A DNA stretch of 64,000 bases. Origin: an uncultured Bacteroidales bacterium. Lineage in GTDB: Bacteria; Bacteroidota; Bacteroidia; Bacteroidales; UBA932. The translations under genes were made by a program, and so were the position numbers. Shown here one piece after another: positions 39,901 through 49,988 of the stretch; position 1 is the stretch's first letter, and every line of letters begins with the position of its first letter. The notes under the pieces were generated by a model. That model searched no databases, had not been told where the DNA came from, and saw only the letters and a list, made by a program, of their open reading frames with translations. The stretch spans positions 2,441 to 66,440 of the forward strand of contig CAJGBW010000001.1 in assembly GCA_904501835.1 (NCBI GenBank), written 5' to 3'.

Positions 39901-42254
39901 GTTTGTCGATGACAAATTGTGAATTTAGCGGAAATACGCTTCCTTCCTCGGCAAGCACGAAATATGGCGGATTTGCTGCTTTATATGAGGGCTCAACAGC
40001 AAGTCTGGCTTTGACCGGTACGAAGGTGGCGAATTGTTCGGGTTGTAAGCATGGTGGCGCGATATACGTCAAAGGCGGCAAATCGTCGGATTATGCGGTG
40101 AATATTTCCGGTGGCTCCTTTGAGAACTGTTCGTGTGACGCTTATGGCGGTGTGATTAATTTTGATACACCTAAGGACGTGGCGATTAAGGCACAGGTTA
40201 TAGGAACCAGTTTTACGGGAAATAGCGCTGGGTATAAAGGTGGCGTCTTCCATTTGAATGGAGATGGCAATGCCCGAGAATTGCTGCTTGAATCTTGCAC
40301 ATTTAGCAACAATAAGCATACATACAAAAATAAGACAGCCAGTGGCGGTGGTGGTGTGATTAATATGGCGGGTGGAAAACTGACCATTAACAGTTGTGCT
40401 TTTTCGGGCAATAAGAGTGTTGCTGAAATTCAAAGTGAAGATGGAACGACCGGTGCCGGTGTTGGTGGTGGGGTGATTTATGTGAATGGTACCCAAAAAG
40501 CAGAATTATATATTGGAACCAAAGGTGAACGAGTTATATTTGAAGAAAATGAAGCAACTGCGTACGGAGGTGCCATCGCGATATTTAACACAAATAAAGA
40601 GTCTGTCATTGATATAAATAATGCCAAATTTAAAGAAAATAAATCTGCTGCATGGGGTGGTGGACTGTATGTAATGAACCAAACTTCTTTGTCTTTATAC
40701 AATGTTGGCTTTACGGAGAATCAAGTCACAACAGCCCAAAATGGTGGCGATGCGCTGTTCTTTGATGGAACAACCTTCACAATGGATGGCACGGGAGCAA
40801 ACTTGAACTACATTAACGATCAAACGTCCACCTATCCGATGCATACGCCCAATGTGACAGAATATACTTTCAATAATTTTGATTTTAAGCGCAATACATC
40901 TACGCGGGATGGTGCTTTGTTGCATTTGGATAATACCGTGGCTCGTGGTTTTACCATTACCAATTCTTGTTTGTATGGTAACTCTGCGCCCGAAAAGGGT
41001 GGTGTGATTTATGCGGATTTGCATCAGGATTCTCGTGAGAGTTTGATTGAGAAAACACAAATCGATAGCAACCAAGTGACGAGTGAGATTGGTTTGGGCG
41101 GTGCGATTTATTGGAATTGTGATTCTTGGAATAACAATGATGCAAAGCCTGGATTAAAAATATACGGGAACTCAACTTTAAGCAAGAATAAAGCCGGCAA
41201 ATCGGGTTCTGCTGTTTATCTTTTGCTCGGCCACTTGGAATGTAACAAGGTCACAATGAGTGAAAATACCTTCCACAATCTCACGGCTACGGATGATGAA
41301 TATGGCGGAACGATAGCGATGTGTCACAATATGTCCAAGGTGGATTTCAATAGCTCTGTGGCTCATAACAATGTCTCTACAGGAAAGGGTGGCGTTTTCC
41401 ATATACGCGGCGGCCGCTTGTTTGCTAACAATATCCAGGCAGATAATAATTCAGCCAATACTCGCGGCGGGTTTATTTTCCAAACATCGCATGTGGGGGC
41501 TGAAGGCTTTGTCTTGATTCAGAAGTCTTCTTTTGTGGGTAATCATTTGCGTCATAGTAGTGATCGGTGGGGGAAATTTTCACATGCCAATTCAAATAAT
41601 AATGGTATGCATGCCATGATGATTTCCCGCTGTACCATTGATGATGGCAGTACTTCTCGTCCGGGTGCGGTTATCAACGGAGCCCCTAACCTGTTGTTGT
41701 TGGGCACAACCGTCTATGCCAATTCGACTTCTGCGGCGGTTCGTCTGGAAGGAGGCCAGATGGCTTTGTTGCTGAATAATCTTATATTGAACCGAGAAAC
41801 GAGTGCGCCTTCTTTGTTGCAGAACGGTTCGTTTACCTTTAGTGACAAATCTTGTTACAATGTGATGGGGACGGTGTCTGCGGCAGCATACGGCAGTTAC
41901 ACAGGAGATCAAACAGGAAAAACGTCGGCTAATTTGGGCTCGTGGGCTTGGAATGCGACCAATCGTGTCTATACATGGGACGGAAAGGTGGGTGACACGG
42001 CGGGTGGCACGGCGGTGGCGGTAACCACACCGGCGATTGACTACACCAATAAGACGGACAATATTTCGAAGGCGTTTGATGAGGGCTTTATGTTTGATTA
42101 CTCGCAAACAGATGGTCTTAAATTCAATGTAACTCAAAGCAATATCGGACAAAGATTGCGTGATTACTGGGGTAGTGGTTCCTACTACAAAGACCAATTG
42201 GACACCGAGCGCACCTATAACGGTCATTATCCGGGTGCCTATACCAAGAAGTAA
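36969..42254 (+). CDS. Giant surface lipoprotein (1761 aa): fimbrillin-like N-domain plus long beta-helix
   Basis: Lipobox MISC; TKT...WKKGDRI...YYAFYP...QDGKF; many GGA[IV]/FxxN rungs; C-terminal YPGAY. Confidence 0.8.
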   Translation: MVRRFFYFFVMFACVMISCARIDDTVSSSQNDQPQIEDTENSTDEDGEIVDPYPHVELTDTLRIECKGDNKEEEKKENAEGEDDTKTYLNAQNYIYWKKGDRIKIYYADGGTNYTVSEIKHGDQQTSTFDALVDKNASYYYAFYPENIEAVMTDIAGNGAFEVVIPTTQDGKFENCHLAIGKSSAEDRSFSFKNIASYMKIVVDDLTATSLTLSARDENNAIVGTLVAPFADEAGNLGSLSLKNGTGSSSVTVNLASGRKAPCTIYVALLPGVNFSQGFRLRYNYDAETGPGFAYTSNRSIERKKILNVGTLSNRIHTDWFVKTDGSVSDPSQGGNSWDNALNTAGLVALLNQPTVDGVQDNALAYDKACVLDGATIHIAQGNYTLSELKLSATGYGNLVKVRILGSYPTGLTGTNTSATRDVVNKRTTFAGNGSSRILLVEDKVDLALDKLWFTGGRSAEGKTHEGGTALRAQSTAIDQASNLSLSHCGFEDNVASGQNADGGAVYLSRATAYMENCEFKNNSCGEGQIGGAINLYDDDYHATLTLKSCQFSGNKAGLSGGAVSCSKGRLYISGTETSPTVFEENSVTTEGRTTRGGALLLAYESSVEVEYTNFKGNYGISTGKVGTEGGAVAFAETSYGSFEHVSFVGTKEAKKNAVRNGAHVSMDNTSNPAQATTFKNCSFTNGQTSNVAGAIHIREYSKLSFEDCSFANNTTSNFGGALHINNTNAQANFTDCTFSENSTKVYGAALSMEDGTCNFYNCSFQDNVGQYGAISLYFQKDVTKVSPNLNIYGCTFEDNSSTLDDNAATLDVQKSGGGAIYAGHGTVFVTSSDGTASGIRTSFTRNSAVSGGGAISLIPNNGDVSADIRYADINQNTASEYGGAIYANADLSMTDCILDKNSATLGASALYVSGNLTVTGSDTTKCAIRNHSESVSGSIIRYSTTSALSFTKCKISKNTLSDMSEHGAYFPLKGSNSLSMTNCEFSGNTLPSSASTKYGGFAALYEGSTASLALTGTKVANCSGCKHGGAIYVKGGKSSDYAVNISGGSFENCSCDAYGGVINFDTPKDVAIKAQVIGTSFTGNSAGYKGGVFHLNGDGNARELLLESCTFSNNKHTYKNKTASGGGGVINMAGGKLTINSCAFSGNKSVAEIQSEDGTTGAGVGGGVIYVNGTQKAELYIGTKGERVIFEENEATAYGGAIAIFNTNKESVIDINNAKFKENKSAAWGGGLYVMNQTSLSLYNVGFTENQVTTAQNGGDALFFDGTTFTMDGTGANLNYINDQTSTYPMHTPNVTEYTFNNFDFKRNTSTRDGALLHLDNTVARGFTITNSCLYGNSAPEKGGVIYADLHQDSRESLIEKTQIDSNQVTSEIGLGGAIYWNCDSWNNNDAKPGLKIYGNSTLSKNKAGKSGSAVYLLLGHLECNKVTMSENTFHNLTATDDEYGGTIAMCHNMSKVDFNSSVAHNNVSTGKGGVFHIRGGRLFANNIQADNNSANTRGGFIFQTSHVGAEGFVLIQKSSFVGNHLRHSSDRWGKFSHANSNNNGMHAMMISRCTIDDGSTSRPGAVINGAPNLLLLGTTVYANSTSAAVRLEGGQMALLLNNLILNRETSAPSLLQNGSFTFSDKSCYNVMGTVSAAAYGSYTGDQTGKTSANLGSWAWNATNRVYTWDGKVGDTAGGTAVAVTTPAIDYTNKTDNISKAFDEGFMFDYSQTDGLKFNVTQSNIGQRLRDYWGSGSYYKDQLDTERTYNGHYPGAYTKK

Positions 42255-42364
42255 GCGTTCTCCCTTCTGCGACAATAATTTTTCGCCCGAATTGCTTCAA
42301 TATCAGAAAAATTGTTGTAAATTTGCGCCCTTGTATTGTGAATTAATTCTTTAAAAGTATAATT

Positions 42365-45300
42365 ATGCAAAGTAAAGGCGCAATTAGACTGGTGGCAGCC
42401 CTGCTTGTGTTGGCTTGCGTTTGGCAGTTGTCTTTTTCCCTCGTTAGCAAAATCGTTGAGGGTAAGGCAGATGTCGCAGCCGAGGCAGCTGTAGAGGCAG
42501 CGAAAGCAGACACCGTCGCATTTTCAAAAATTGCCGCAGCGGACACGGCATTTTATCTTGATGATGTCCGCAGAGTAGCGAAAGCTCAATACATTGACTC
42601 TGTATCTTCACAGAGCGTATATTTTGGCTATACCTACAAAGAGGTAAAAGAAAAGGAAATCAACCTTGGTCTTGACCTCAAAGGTGGTATGAACGTGATG
42701 CTTCAAGTGCAGCTTGAGGACCTCGTGAAGGCTATTTCTGACGACAATAAGTCTCCTGAATTTTTGGCGGCTATCGAGGCTGCCAAAGTTAGCAGTGTAA
42801 GTTCCGGTCAGGATTTTATCACGGCGTTCGGTGAAGCTTGGGTAGAAAAAGGTCAGGGTCGTCGTTTGAGCGAGATTTTCGGTACTTATGAGATGCGCGA
42901 TAAAGTTCATCCTGAGTCCACTGATGCAGAGGTTTTGGCAGTGATTCGTGCAGAGGCCGAGAGTGCTATCAACAACTCTTTCAATGTGTTGCGTAATCGT
43001 ATCGACCGTTTCGGTGTGACCCAGCCCAGCATTCAGAAGATTGGCAATACCGGCCGCATCTTGGTGGAGCTTCCGGGTGTCAAAGAGCCCGAGCGTGTTC
43101 GCAAACTCCTTCAGGGTACAGCTTCTTTGGAGTTTTGGGCTACGTATGACAATGCTGAGATTTATCCTTTCTTGGTAGAGGCTAACAAATTGTTGGCTGA
43201 AATGCAGGAGGGAGATGCTGTGGCAACTTCTGCTACCACATCAGAGGTGGACGAGTTGGCTGCACAGCTTGAAGGCGACAACGCCCAGGCTTTTGCTGAA
43301 TTCAAGAAGCAGAATCCTCTTTTTGCCGCTTTGAACCCCAACTCTTTCCAGGGTGGTTTGGGTAAAGGTGCTTGCATCGGTTATGCCAACTATGCTGACA
43401 CCGCCAAAATCAACCATTGGTTGGCTATGCCTCAGGTTCAGGCTTTGTTCCCCGCAGAGTTCAAGGCGATGTGGACCGTGAAGCCCTCTGCTTATATCGA
43501 GGGTGGCAATACCTACGAATTGGTAGCCATTAAATCTACGACCGTAGATGGTAAAGCTCCCCTTGATGGTGGTGTTGTAACGGATGCTCGCGTGAACTTT
43601 GGTAACGGTGGCAGCGGCAACCCTGACGTGTCTATGACTATGAATGCAGAAGGTGCCAATATCTGGGCGCAGATGACCAAAGACAACATTGGTCGTCAGA
43701 TTGCCATTGTGTTGGACGGCATGGTATATTCTTATCCTATGGTGAACACTGCCATTACCGGTGGTAGTTCACAGATTACCGGCGATTTTGATGTAACAGA
43801 GGCGGAAGACCTTGCCAACGTGCTCAAATCCGGTAAACTTCCCGCTCCTGCTACCATCGTACAAGAGCAGGTGGTTGGTCCTTCTTTGGGTGCCGAGTCC
43901 ATCGCTTCCGGTTTGATTTCATTTGTCATCGCTTTCCTTTTGGTGCTTTTGTATATGATTGTCTTCTACAAGGGTGCTGGTTTGGTAGCAGATGTCGCTT
44001 TGCTTGTCAATGTCGTATTGCTCTTCGGAACCTTGGCTTCTTTTGGTGCTGTTCTTACCTTGCCGGGTATTGCCGGTCTCGTTTTGACTTTGGGTATGGC
44101 TGTGGATGCCAATGTGATTATATACGAGCGTATCAAAGAAGAACTTGCTTTGGGTAAAGGTTTGAGTTTGGCTATCAAGGATGGTTTCTCCAACGCTTAC
44201 TCAGCCATTATCGACGGTCAGATTACCACCCTCCTTACCGGTCTGGTACTCTTCGCTTTCGGTTCCGGTCCTGTGAAAGGTTTTGCGACCACTCTTATTG
44301 TAGGTATCATTACTTCTGTTCTTTCTTCTATTTTCATTCCTCGTCTTATTTTCGACCGCAGGGTGTCCAAGGGTAAGAATATCAGCTTCGATACCAAGAT
44401 GACTCGCAACTTCTTGAAGAATACGCAGGTTAAGTTCCTTGAAAATAGAAAATGGGCTTATACGCTTTCTGCCGTATTGGTAGTTGCTTCTATCGCATCT
44501 ATCTTCACCAAAGGATTTACGTATGGTGTTGACTTTACCGGTGGACGTACCTACGTGGTTCGTTTCGACCAGCCTGTTCTCGCCGAGGATGTGCGTAACG
44601 CTACTTTGGCTGTGTTCAACGAGGCTGCAGCTGCTGACGAGAGCGTTAAGAATGCTTCTGTCGAGGTTAAGCAGTTTGGTGGTGACAGCCAGATGAAGAT
44701 TACTACCTCTTATAAATATGATCAGGAGTCTACGGAGGTGGACAACGAAATCGAGGCAATGCTCTTTGAGGCGCTCAAAGGTTTCTTTGCTCAGGAGTCC
44801 ATTACCTTGGATGAGTTTACTTCTACTTTGGATAACCCCAACGGTATTATCTCGTCTGACAAGGTGGGTGCGACCATCGCCAACGATATCAAACGTAGCG
44901 CGGTTGTTTCCGTAATCTTGGCTTTGATCGTAATCTTTGCTTATATCGCAGTTCGTTTCCGTAAATGGACTTGGGGTCTGGGTGGTGTCGTTTCCTTGGC
45001 ACATACCTCTATCATTGTGATTGGCTTCTTCTCCTTCTTCTCTGGAATTTTGCCTTTCACCCTGGATGTGGACTCCACCTTTATCGCTGCGATTCTGACC
45101 ATTATCGGTTACGCTATCAATGACAACGTGGTGATTTTCGACCGTATCCGTGAGATGATTGCATTGCATCCCAAGATGAAGTTCTCCGAGGTGGTGAATG
45201 CAGCTTTGAATGCTACCCTCTCTCGTACGATGAACACTTCTTTGACCACTTTGGTTACCATGCTTTCAATTGCCATCTTCGGCGGTGAGACCATCCGCGG

Positions 45301-45409
45301 TCTTGCAGTGGCTTTGATTTTGGGTATTGTGATTGGTACTTACGCATCTATCTTTATTGGTACAACCATTATGTATGATGTAACCCTCGCATCTCAAAAG
45401 AAAAAGTAA
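42365..45409 (+). CDS. secDF: Protein translocase subunit SecDF (fused)
   Basis: NLGLDLKGGMNV, RIDRFGVTQP, GMAVDANV, GVDFTGG, GYAINDNVVIFDRIRE. Confidence 0.95.
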   Translation: MQSKGAIRLVAALLVLACVWQLSFSLVSKIVEGKADVAAEAAVEAAKADTVAFSKIAAADTAFYLDDVRRVAKAQYIDSVSSQSVYFGYTYKEVKEKEINLGLDLKGGMNVMLQVQLEDLVKAISDDNKSPEFLAAIEAAKVSSVSSGQDFITAFGEAWVEKGQGRRLSEIFGTYEMRDKVHPESTDAEVLAVIRAEAESAINNSFNVLRNRIDRFGVTQPSIQKIGNTGRILVELPGVKEPERVRKLLQGTASLEFWATYDNAEIYPFLVEANKLLAEMQEGDAVATSATTSEVDELAAQLEGDNAQAFAEFKKQNPLFAALNPNSFQGGLGKGACIGYANYADTAKINHWLAMPQVQALFPAEFKAMWTVKPSAYIEGGNTYELVAIKSTTVDGKAPLDGGVVTDARVNFGNGGSGNPDVSMTMNAEGANIWAQMTKDNIGRQIAIVLDGMVYSYPMVNTAITGGSSQITGDFDVTEAEDLANVLKSGKLPAPATIVQEQVVGPSLGAESIASGLISFVIAFLLVLLYMIVFYKGAGLVADVALLVNVVLLFGTLASFGAVLTLPGIAGLVLTLGMAVDANVIIYERIKEELALGKGLSLAIKDGFSNAYSAIIDGQITTLLTGLVLFAFGSGPVKGFATTLIVGIITSVLSSIFIPRLIFDRRVSKGKNISFDTKMTRNFLKNTQVKFLENRKWAYTLSAVLVVASIASIFTKGFTYGVDFTGGRTYVVRFDQPVLAEDVRNATLAVFNEAAAADESVKNASVEVKQFGGDSQMKITTSYKYDQESTEVDNEIEAMLFEALKGFFAQESITLDEFTSTLDNPNGIISSDKVGATIANDIKRSAVVSVILALIVIFAYIAVRFRKWTWGLGGVVSLAHTSIIVIGFFSFFSGILPFTLDVDSTFIAAILTIIGYAINDNVVIFDRIREMIALHPKMKFSEVVNAALNATLSRTMNTSLTTLVTMLSIAIFGGETIRGLAVALILGIVIGTYASIFIGTTIMYDVTLASQKKK

Positions 45410-45411
45410 AT

Positions 45412-45442
45412 TTTGATAATTGAAACTATATTCGTATATTTG
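45412..45442 (+). promoter_or_regulatory. Bacteroidota sigma70 promoter directly upstream of rplC
   Basis: TTTG (45412-45415), 19 nt spacer, TATATTTG (45435-45442). Confidence 0.65.
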
Positions 45443-45470
45443 CAGCCCACAAAATTGCTTTGTGGGCTGT
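45442..45470 (+). other. Strong hairpin, secDF terminator or rplC leader
   Basis: GCAGCCCACAAA-ATTGC-TTTGTGGGCTGT. Confidence 0.55.
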
Positions 45471-45503
45471 AATTTATTTATAATCAATTAATTAACAAAA
45501 CCA

Positions 45504-46127
45504 ATGCCTGGATTAATTGGAAAGAAAATCGGAATGACTTCCGTTTTCGGTGCCGATGGAAAGAATATTCCATGCACCGTAATTGAGGCTGGTCCGTGTG
45601 TTGTTACGCAGATTCGTACAGTAGAAAAAGATGGTTATGCCGCTGTACAGCTTGCCTATGACGAAATGAGTGAAAAGCACGCCAGCGCGCCCCTCAAAGG
45701 GCACTTTGAAAAGGCAGGAACCACTCCCAAGCGTAAATTGGTCGAATTTAAGGCTAATTTTGCAGGGGAACTGAAATTAGGCGACGTCCTCTCAGTTGCA
45801 GATGTGTTTACTGAGACCAAATTTGTGGATGTTGTCGGTACTTCCAAAGGTAAAGGTTTTCAGGGCGTTGTAAAACGTCACGGATTCGCCGGTGTCGGTG
45901 GTCAGACCCACGGCCAGCACAACAGACTCCGTCACCCTGGTTCTATGGGTGCATCCTCTTGGCCTTCACGTGTATTCCCCGGAATGCGCATGGCTGGTCA
46001 GATGGGTAACGAGAGAGTAAAGGTTTTCAACCTTGAAATTGTGAAAGTAATCCCTGAAAACAACCTACTCGTTGTTAAGGGCTCTATTCCCGGAGCCAAA
46101 GGTTCTTATGTAATTGTGGAGGGCTAA
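45504..46127 (+). CDS. rplC: 50S ribosomal protein L3
   Basis: [34 protein letters not shown]. Confidence 0.97.
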   Translation: MPGLIGKKIGMTSVFGADGKNIPCTVIEAGPCVVTQIRTVEKDGYAAVQLAYDEMSEKHASAPLKGHFEKAGTTPKRKLVEFKANFAGELKLGDVLSVADVFTETKFVDVVGTSKGKGFQGVVKRHGFAGVGGQTHGQHNRLRHPGSMGASSWPSRVFPGMRMAGQMGNERVKVFNLEIVKVIPENNLLVVKGSIPGAKGSYVIVEG

Positions 46128-46130
46128 GCT

Positions 46131-46757
46131 ATGGAATTGTCAGTTTACAAAATCGACGGATCAGAGTCCGGAAAGAAAGTAACGCTCGATGAGCGCATCT
46201 TTGGCATTGAGCCCAACGATCACGCTATCTATCTTGATGTTAAGCAGTATCTCGCTAACCAGCGTCAGGGTACTTCTAAGACTAAAGATCGTAGCGAGGT
46301 AGCATACAGTACAAAGAAAATGGGTCGCCAGAAGGGCGGCGGTGGTGCACGTCATGGTAGCATCAAAGCAGGTATCTATGTAGGTGGTGGTAACATCCAC
46401 GGACCCGAGCCTCGTTGCTATCGCAAGAAACTCAACAAAAAGCTCAAACAGCTCGCTCGTTTCTCTGCTCTTTCTTACAAGGCACAGGAAGGCGTTATTA
46501 CTTTGGTTGAGAATTTTGCAATGGATGCCCCCAAGACCAAAGAATTTATCGGCATTTTGAACAGCCTTAAAGCCAACGGCCGCAAGGTACTCTTCGTATT
46601 GCCTGAGAATTCCGACAACATTTTCCTTTCATCACGTAACCTTCCTGAAGTAAATGTAATCACTGTAGATGAAATCAATACCTACGCCATCATGAATGCA
46701 AATTCTTTGGTAATGGTAGATGGTGTACAGGAGATTATCGCTTCCAGAATTAAATAA
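46131..46757 (+). CDS. rplD: 50S ribosomal protein L4
   Basis: ANQRQGT, RQKGGGGARHGS, PKTKEF, LSSRNL. Confidence 0.97.
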   Translation: MELSVYKIDGSESGKKVTLDERIFGIEPNDHAIYLDVKQYLANQRQGTSKTKDRSEVAYSTKKMGRQKGGGGARHGSIKAGIYVGGGNIHGPEPRCYRKKLNKKLKQLARFSALSYKAQEGVITLVENFAMDAPKTKEFIGILNSLKANGRKVLFVLPENSDNIFLSSRNLPEVNVITVDEINTYAIMNANSLVMVDGVQEIIASRIK

Positions 46758-46765
46758 TCAAAGCG

Positions 46766-47056
46766 ATGGGAATTATCATTAAGCCAATACTTACAGAAAT
46801 GATGACGGTTCAGGGCGAAAAATTGAACCGCTATGGCTTCATCGTTGACGCCAACGCCAACAAGATTCAGATCAAAGCTGCAGTCGAGGCGCAATACAAC
46901 GTCACCGTAAAAGAGGTCAATACTATCAACTATAACGGTAAAGTAAAAAGCCGTTATACCAAAGCTGGCGTCCTCACCGGTCGCTGCAATCACTACAAGA
47001 AAGCGTATGTTACTCTCTCCGGAGATGACAAGATTGATTTCTATGCAAACATCTAA
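46766..47056 (+). CDS. rplW: 50S ribosomal protein L23
   Basis: IIKPILTE, ANKIQIKAAVE, YKKAYVTL. Confidence 0.97.
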   Translation: MGIIIKPILTEMMTVQGEKLNRYGFIVDANANKIQIKAAVEAQYNVTVKEVNTINYNGKVKSRYTKAGVLTGRCNHYKKAYVTLSGDDKIDFYANI

Positions 47057-47071
47057 TAAGGTAATAAGGCA

Positions 47072-47896
47072 ATGGCAGTAAGAAAATTCAAACCGGTTAC
47101 CCCCGGACAAAGAAACAAGGTAATTTCTGCATTTGACGACATTACCTGTAAGAAACCTGAAAAGTCACTCCTCGAGCCTCTTAAGAGAAGCGGTGGACGT
47201 AACAATCAGGGTAAGATGACTATGCGCTACATTGGTGGCGGACACAAGAAGATGTATCGTATCATCGACTTCCATCGTAACAAAGACGGTGTCGTTGCTA
47301 TCGTTAAGACCATCGAGTATGATCCTAACCGTAGTGCCCGTATCGCCCTTGTTCAGTATGAGGATGGCGAGAAGAGATACATTATTGCTCCTCAGGGACT
47401 TACCGTAGGACAGGAGATTTGCTCCGGTAAAGGAGTAGCTCCCGAAGTTGGTAACACTCTCCCTCTTGGTGAAATTCCTTTGGGTACGTTGGTTCACAAT
47501 ATTGAGCTTCGTCCTGGTCAGGGTGCCGCTATGGCACGTTCAGCCGGTGCATTTGCTCAGCTCGCAGCGCGCGAGGGCAACCACGCTATTCTCCGCTTGC
47601 CTTCAGGCGAGACCAGAATGGTGCTTTGCGAGTGCCGCGCAACGGTCGGAACCGTATCCAATCCCGATCACAATTTGGAGTCTCATGGAAAAGCCGGACG
47701 TAAGAGATGGCTCGGACGCAGACCTCGCAACCGTGGTGTCGTAATGAACCCTGTTGATCACCCGATGGGTGGTGGTGAAGGACGTGCTTCCGGAGGACAT
47801 CCTCGTTCACGTAAGGGTCTTCCTGCTAAGGGCTACAAGACACGTAATCCTAAGAGCACTTCCAATAAGTTTATCATTGAAAGAAGGAAAAAATAA
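47072..47896 (+). CDS. rplB: 50S ribosomal protein L2
   Basis: [33 protein letters not shown]. Confidence 0.98.
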   Translation: MAVRKFKPVTPGQRNKVISAFDDITCKKPEKSLLEPLKRSGGRNNQGKMTMRYIGGGHKKMYRIIDFHRNKDGVVAIVKTIEYDPNRSARIALVQYEDGEKRYIIAPQGLTVGQEICSGKGVAPEVGNTLPLGEIPLGTLVHNIELRPGQGAAMARSAGAFAQLAAREGNHAILRLPSGETRMVLCECRATVGTVSNPDHNLESHGKAGRKRWLGRRPRNRGVVMNPVDHPMGGGEGRASGGHPRSRKGLPAKGYKTRNPKSTSNKFIIERRKK

Positions 47897-47915
47897 CGGA
47901 ATAAATTAAGAGATT

Positions 47916-48182
47916 ATGAGTCGTTCATTAAGAAAAGGTCCTTATATTCAGCAGGCCCTTGAAAAAAGAATTCTTGCTATGAATGAGGGAAGTATGAAGA
48001 AAGAGGTTGTCAAGACTTGGTCCCGTGCAAGTATGATTTCTCCTGACTTTGTAGGCCACACCATAGCTGTTCATAACGGAAACAAATTTATTCCCGTTTA
48101 TGTTACTGAGAATATGGTCGGTCACAAGCTCGGTGAGTTTGCACCCACGAGAACCTTTAAAGGCCATTCGGGCAATCGTTAA
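47916..48182 (+). CDS. rpsS: 30S ribosomal protein S19
   Basis: [27 protein letters not shown]. Confidence 0.98.
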   Translation: MSRSLRKGPYIQQALEKRILAMNEGSMKKEVVKTWSRASMISPDFVGHTIAVHNGNKFIPVYVTENMVGHKLGEFAPTRTFKGHSGNR

Positions 48183-48203
48183 TAAGTAAAAGAGTACAGT
48201 ATT

Positions 48204-48611
48204 ATGGGAGCTCGTAAAAGAATTATGGCCGAGAAACTAAAGGCCGAAAAGAAAGTAACAGCTATCGCGGTGCTTAAAGATGCACCTACTTCTCCTCGTA
48301 AAATGCGTCTCGTCGTAGATATTATCCGCGGCGTTGAGGTTAATAAAGCCCTCGACATCTTGAAATTCTCCAAGAAAGAGGCTTCTATCCGCCTTGAAAA
48401 ACTTCTCAAGAGCGCTATCGCTAACTGGGAAGCCAAGAACGCTGACAAAGCCGGCGAACTTGAAAAAGGTAATGTGTATATCAAGACCATCATGGTAGAC
48501 GAAGGTCGTACGCTCAAGAGAATCCGTCCTTGCCCTCAGGGCCGCGCCGGACGTATCCGCAAGCGTTCCAACCACGTTACGATCATCCTTGATGTTAAAT
48601 CGGAGAAATAA
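48204..48611 (+). CDS. rplV: 50S ribosomal protein L22
   Basis: [31 protein letters not shown]. Confidence 0.97.
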   Translation: MGARKRIMAEKLKAEKKVTAIAVLKDAPTSPRKMRLVVDIIRGVEVNKALDILKFSKKEASIRLEKLLKSAIANWEAKNADKAGELEKGNVYIKTIMVDEGRTLKRIRPCPQGRAGRIRKRSNHVTIILDVKSEK

Positions 48612-48613
48612 TT

Positions 48614-49357
48614 ATGGGACAGAAAACTAATCCTATCAGTAATCGAATTGGAATTACCCGTGGTTGGGACTCCAACTGGATCGGTCGTAACAATGCCGAG
48701 TATGCTCAGCGCATTGCAGAGGACTACAAGATTCGTAAGTATCTTGTAAACCGTCTTTCTAAAGCTGCTTTGAGCCGTATCATTATTGAGAGAACCTTGA
48801 AACTCATCACTGTAACCATTCACGCTGCTCGTCCCGGTTTCATTATCGGTAAAGACGGTAAGAATGTAGAAGGTTTGAAAGAGGAGTTGAAGAAGGTTAC
48901 CAACAGAGATATCCAGATCAACATCTATGAGGTGAAGAAACCTGAGGTTGACGCCAACATCGTGGCTGACACCATCGCTCGTCAGATTGAGGGCCGTGTT
49001 TCTTACCGTCGTGCCATCAAAATGGCCGTGGCTACTACCATGCGTGTAGGTGCAGAGGGTATCAAAGTTCAGATCAGCGGTCGTGTTGGTGGCGCCGAAA
49101 TGGCCCGCAGCGAAATGTTCAAAGAGGGACGTACTCCTCTTCACACATTCCGTGCTGATATTGACTATGCTTTGGCAGAGGCACACACCAAAGTAGGTGT
49201 TCTTGGTATCAAAGTATGGATCTGCAACGGTGAGGTTTATGGTAAGAAAGACCTTTCTCCCAATGCAGGGATTGCCGCTCAGGCTGCTCAGTCTCAGAAC
49301 CGTGGCGGACGCGACAACCGTCGTGCAAGACGCGGTCGTAGAGAGGAGCGCAAGTAG
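48614..49357 (+). CDS. rpsC: 30S ribosomal protein S3
   Basis: [38 protein letters not shown]. Confidence 0.98.
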   Translation: MGQKTNPISNRIGITRGWDSNWIGRNNAEYAQRIAEDYKIRKYLVNRLSKAALSRIIIERTLKLITVTIHAARPGFIIGKDGKNVEGLKEELKKVTNRDIQINIYEVKKPEVDANIVADTIARQIEGRVSYRRAIKMAVATTMRVGAEGIKVQISGRVGGAEMARSEMFKEGRTPLHTFRADIDYALAEAHTKVGVLGIKVWICNGEVYGKKDLSPNAGIAAQAAQSQNRGGRDNRRARRGRREERK

Positions 49358-49388
49358 ATTTTTTAGCAATCATCTTATATTTTTATTT

Positions 49389-49422
49389 GACCGGTCGGGC
49401 ATTTTGTCAGACCGGTCTTTTT
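49389..49422 (+). terminator. Intrinsic terminator after rpsC
   Basis: GACCGGTC...GACCGGTC stem followed by TTTTT. Confidence 0.7.
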
Positions 49423-49464
49423 ATGTATATTCGCAAACGAATCTTAATGTGTAAGGAGAAAAAT

Positions 49465-49977
49465 ATGTTTGCTATAACGAAGAAATGGACGCTTTTGGCA
49501 GCTTTGATGCTACTCTCTTTGAGTGCTTCCGCCTGGAATTATAGAAATTTTGGTGTAAAGGCGGTAACGGGCTTTGATAAAAACGGAAAGGCGCTGACCC
49601 AGAATGTATCCTTGTCTGACTATGTCGGCAAAGGGAAGTATGTCCTGATTGATTTTTGGGCGTCCTGGTGTGGTCCGTGCAGAGCAGAAGTTCCCAATCT
49701 GCAGGCGATTTATAAGCAGTATGGCGGCAAGGACTTTGAAATTGTCAGTGTGGCGGTTTGGGACAGGCCGATGGATAGTTGGCAGGCTATCAAAGAAGAA
49801 GGCATGACCTGGACGCAGATTGTTTGCACCGAGCAGGATAGTCAGGTCCCGACCCGCGTCTATGGTATTTCCGGCATTCCTTATATCATTCTGGTGGCGC
49901 CCGATGGCAAGGTCATAGGCGAACGCTTGCGTGGCTATAAAATCGAGGAAGCCGTCCGCAAGGCTCTCGGAAAATAA
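49465..49977 (+). CDS. Exported TlpA-like thiol:disulfide oxidoreductase
   Basis: Signal peptide; LIDFWASWCGPC; YGISGIP. Confidence 0.88.
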   Translation: MFAITKKWTLLAALMLLSLSASAWNYRNFGVKAVTGFDKNGKALTQNVSLSDYVGKGKYVLIDFWASWCGPCRAEVPNLQAIYKQYGGKDFEIVSVAVWDRPMDSWQAIKEEGMTWTQIVCTEQDSQVPTRVYGISGIPYIILVAPDGKVIGERLRGYKIEEAVRKALGK

Positions 49978-49988
49978 GTGCCGTCTTT

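Noticed and set aside
23640..42254. Giant beta-helix proteins as autotransporters or T9SS cargo
   Set aside because: They have lipoboxes and end in PGAY motifs; no C-terminal beta-barrel or T9SS CTD is visible
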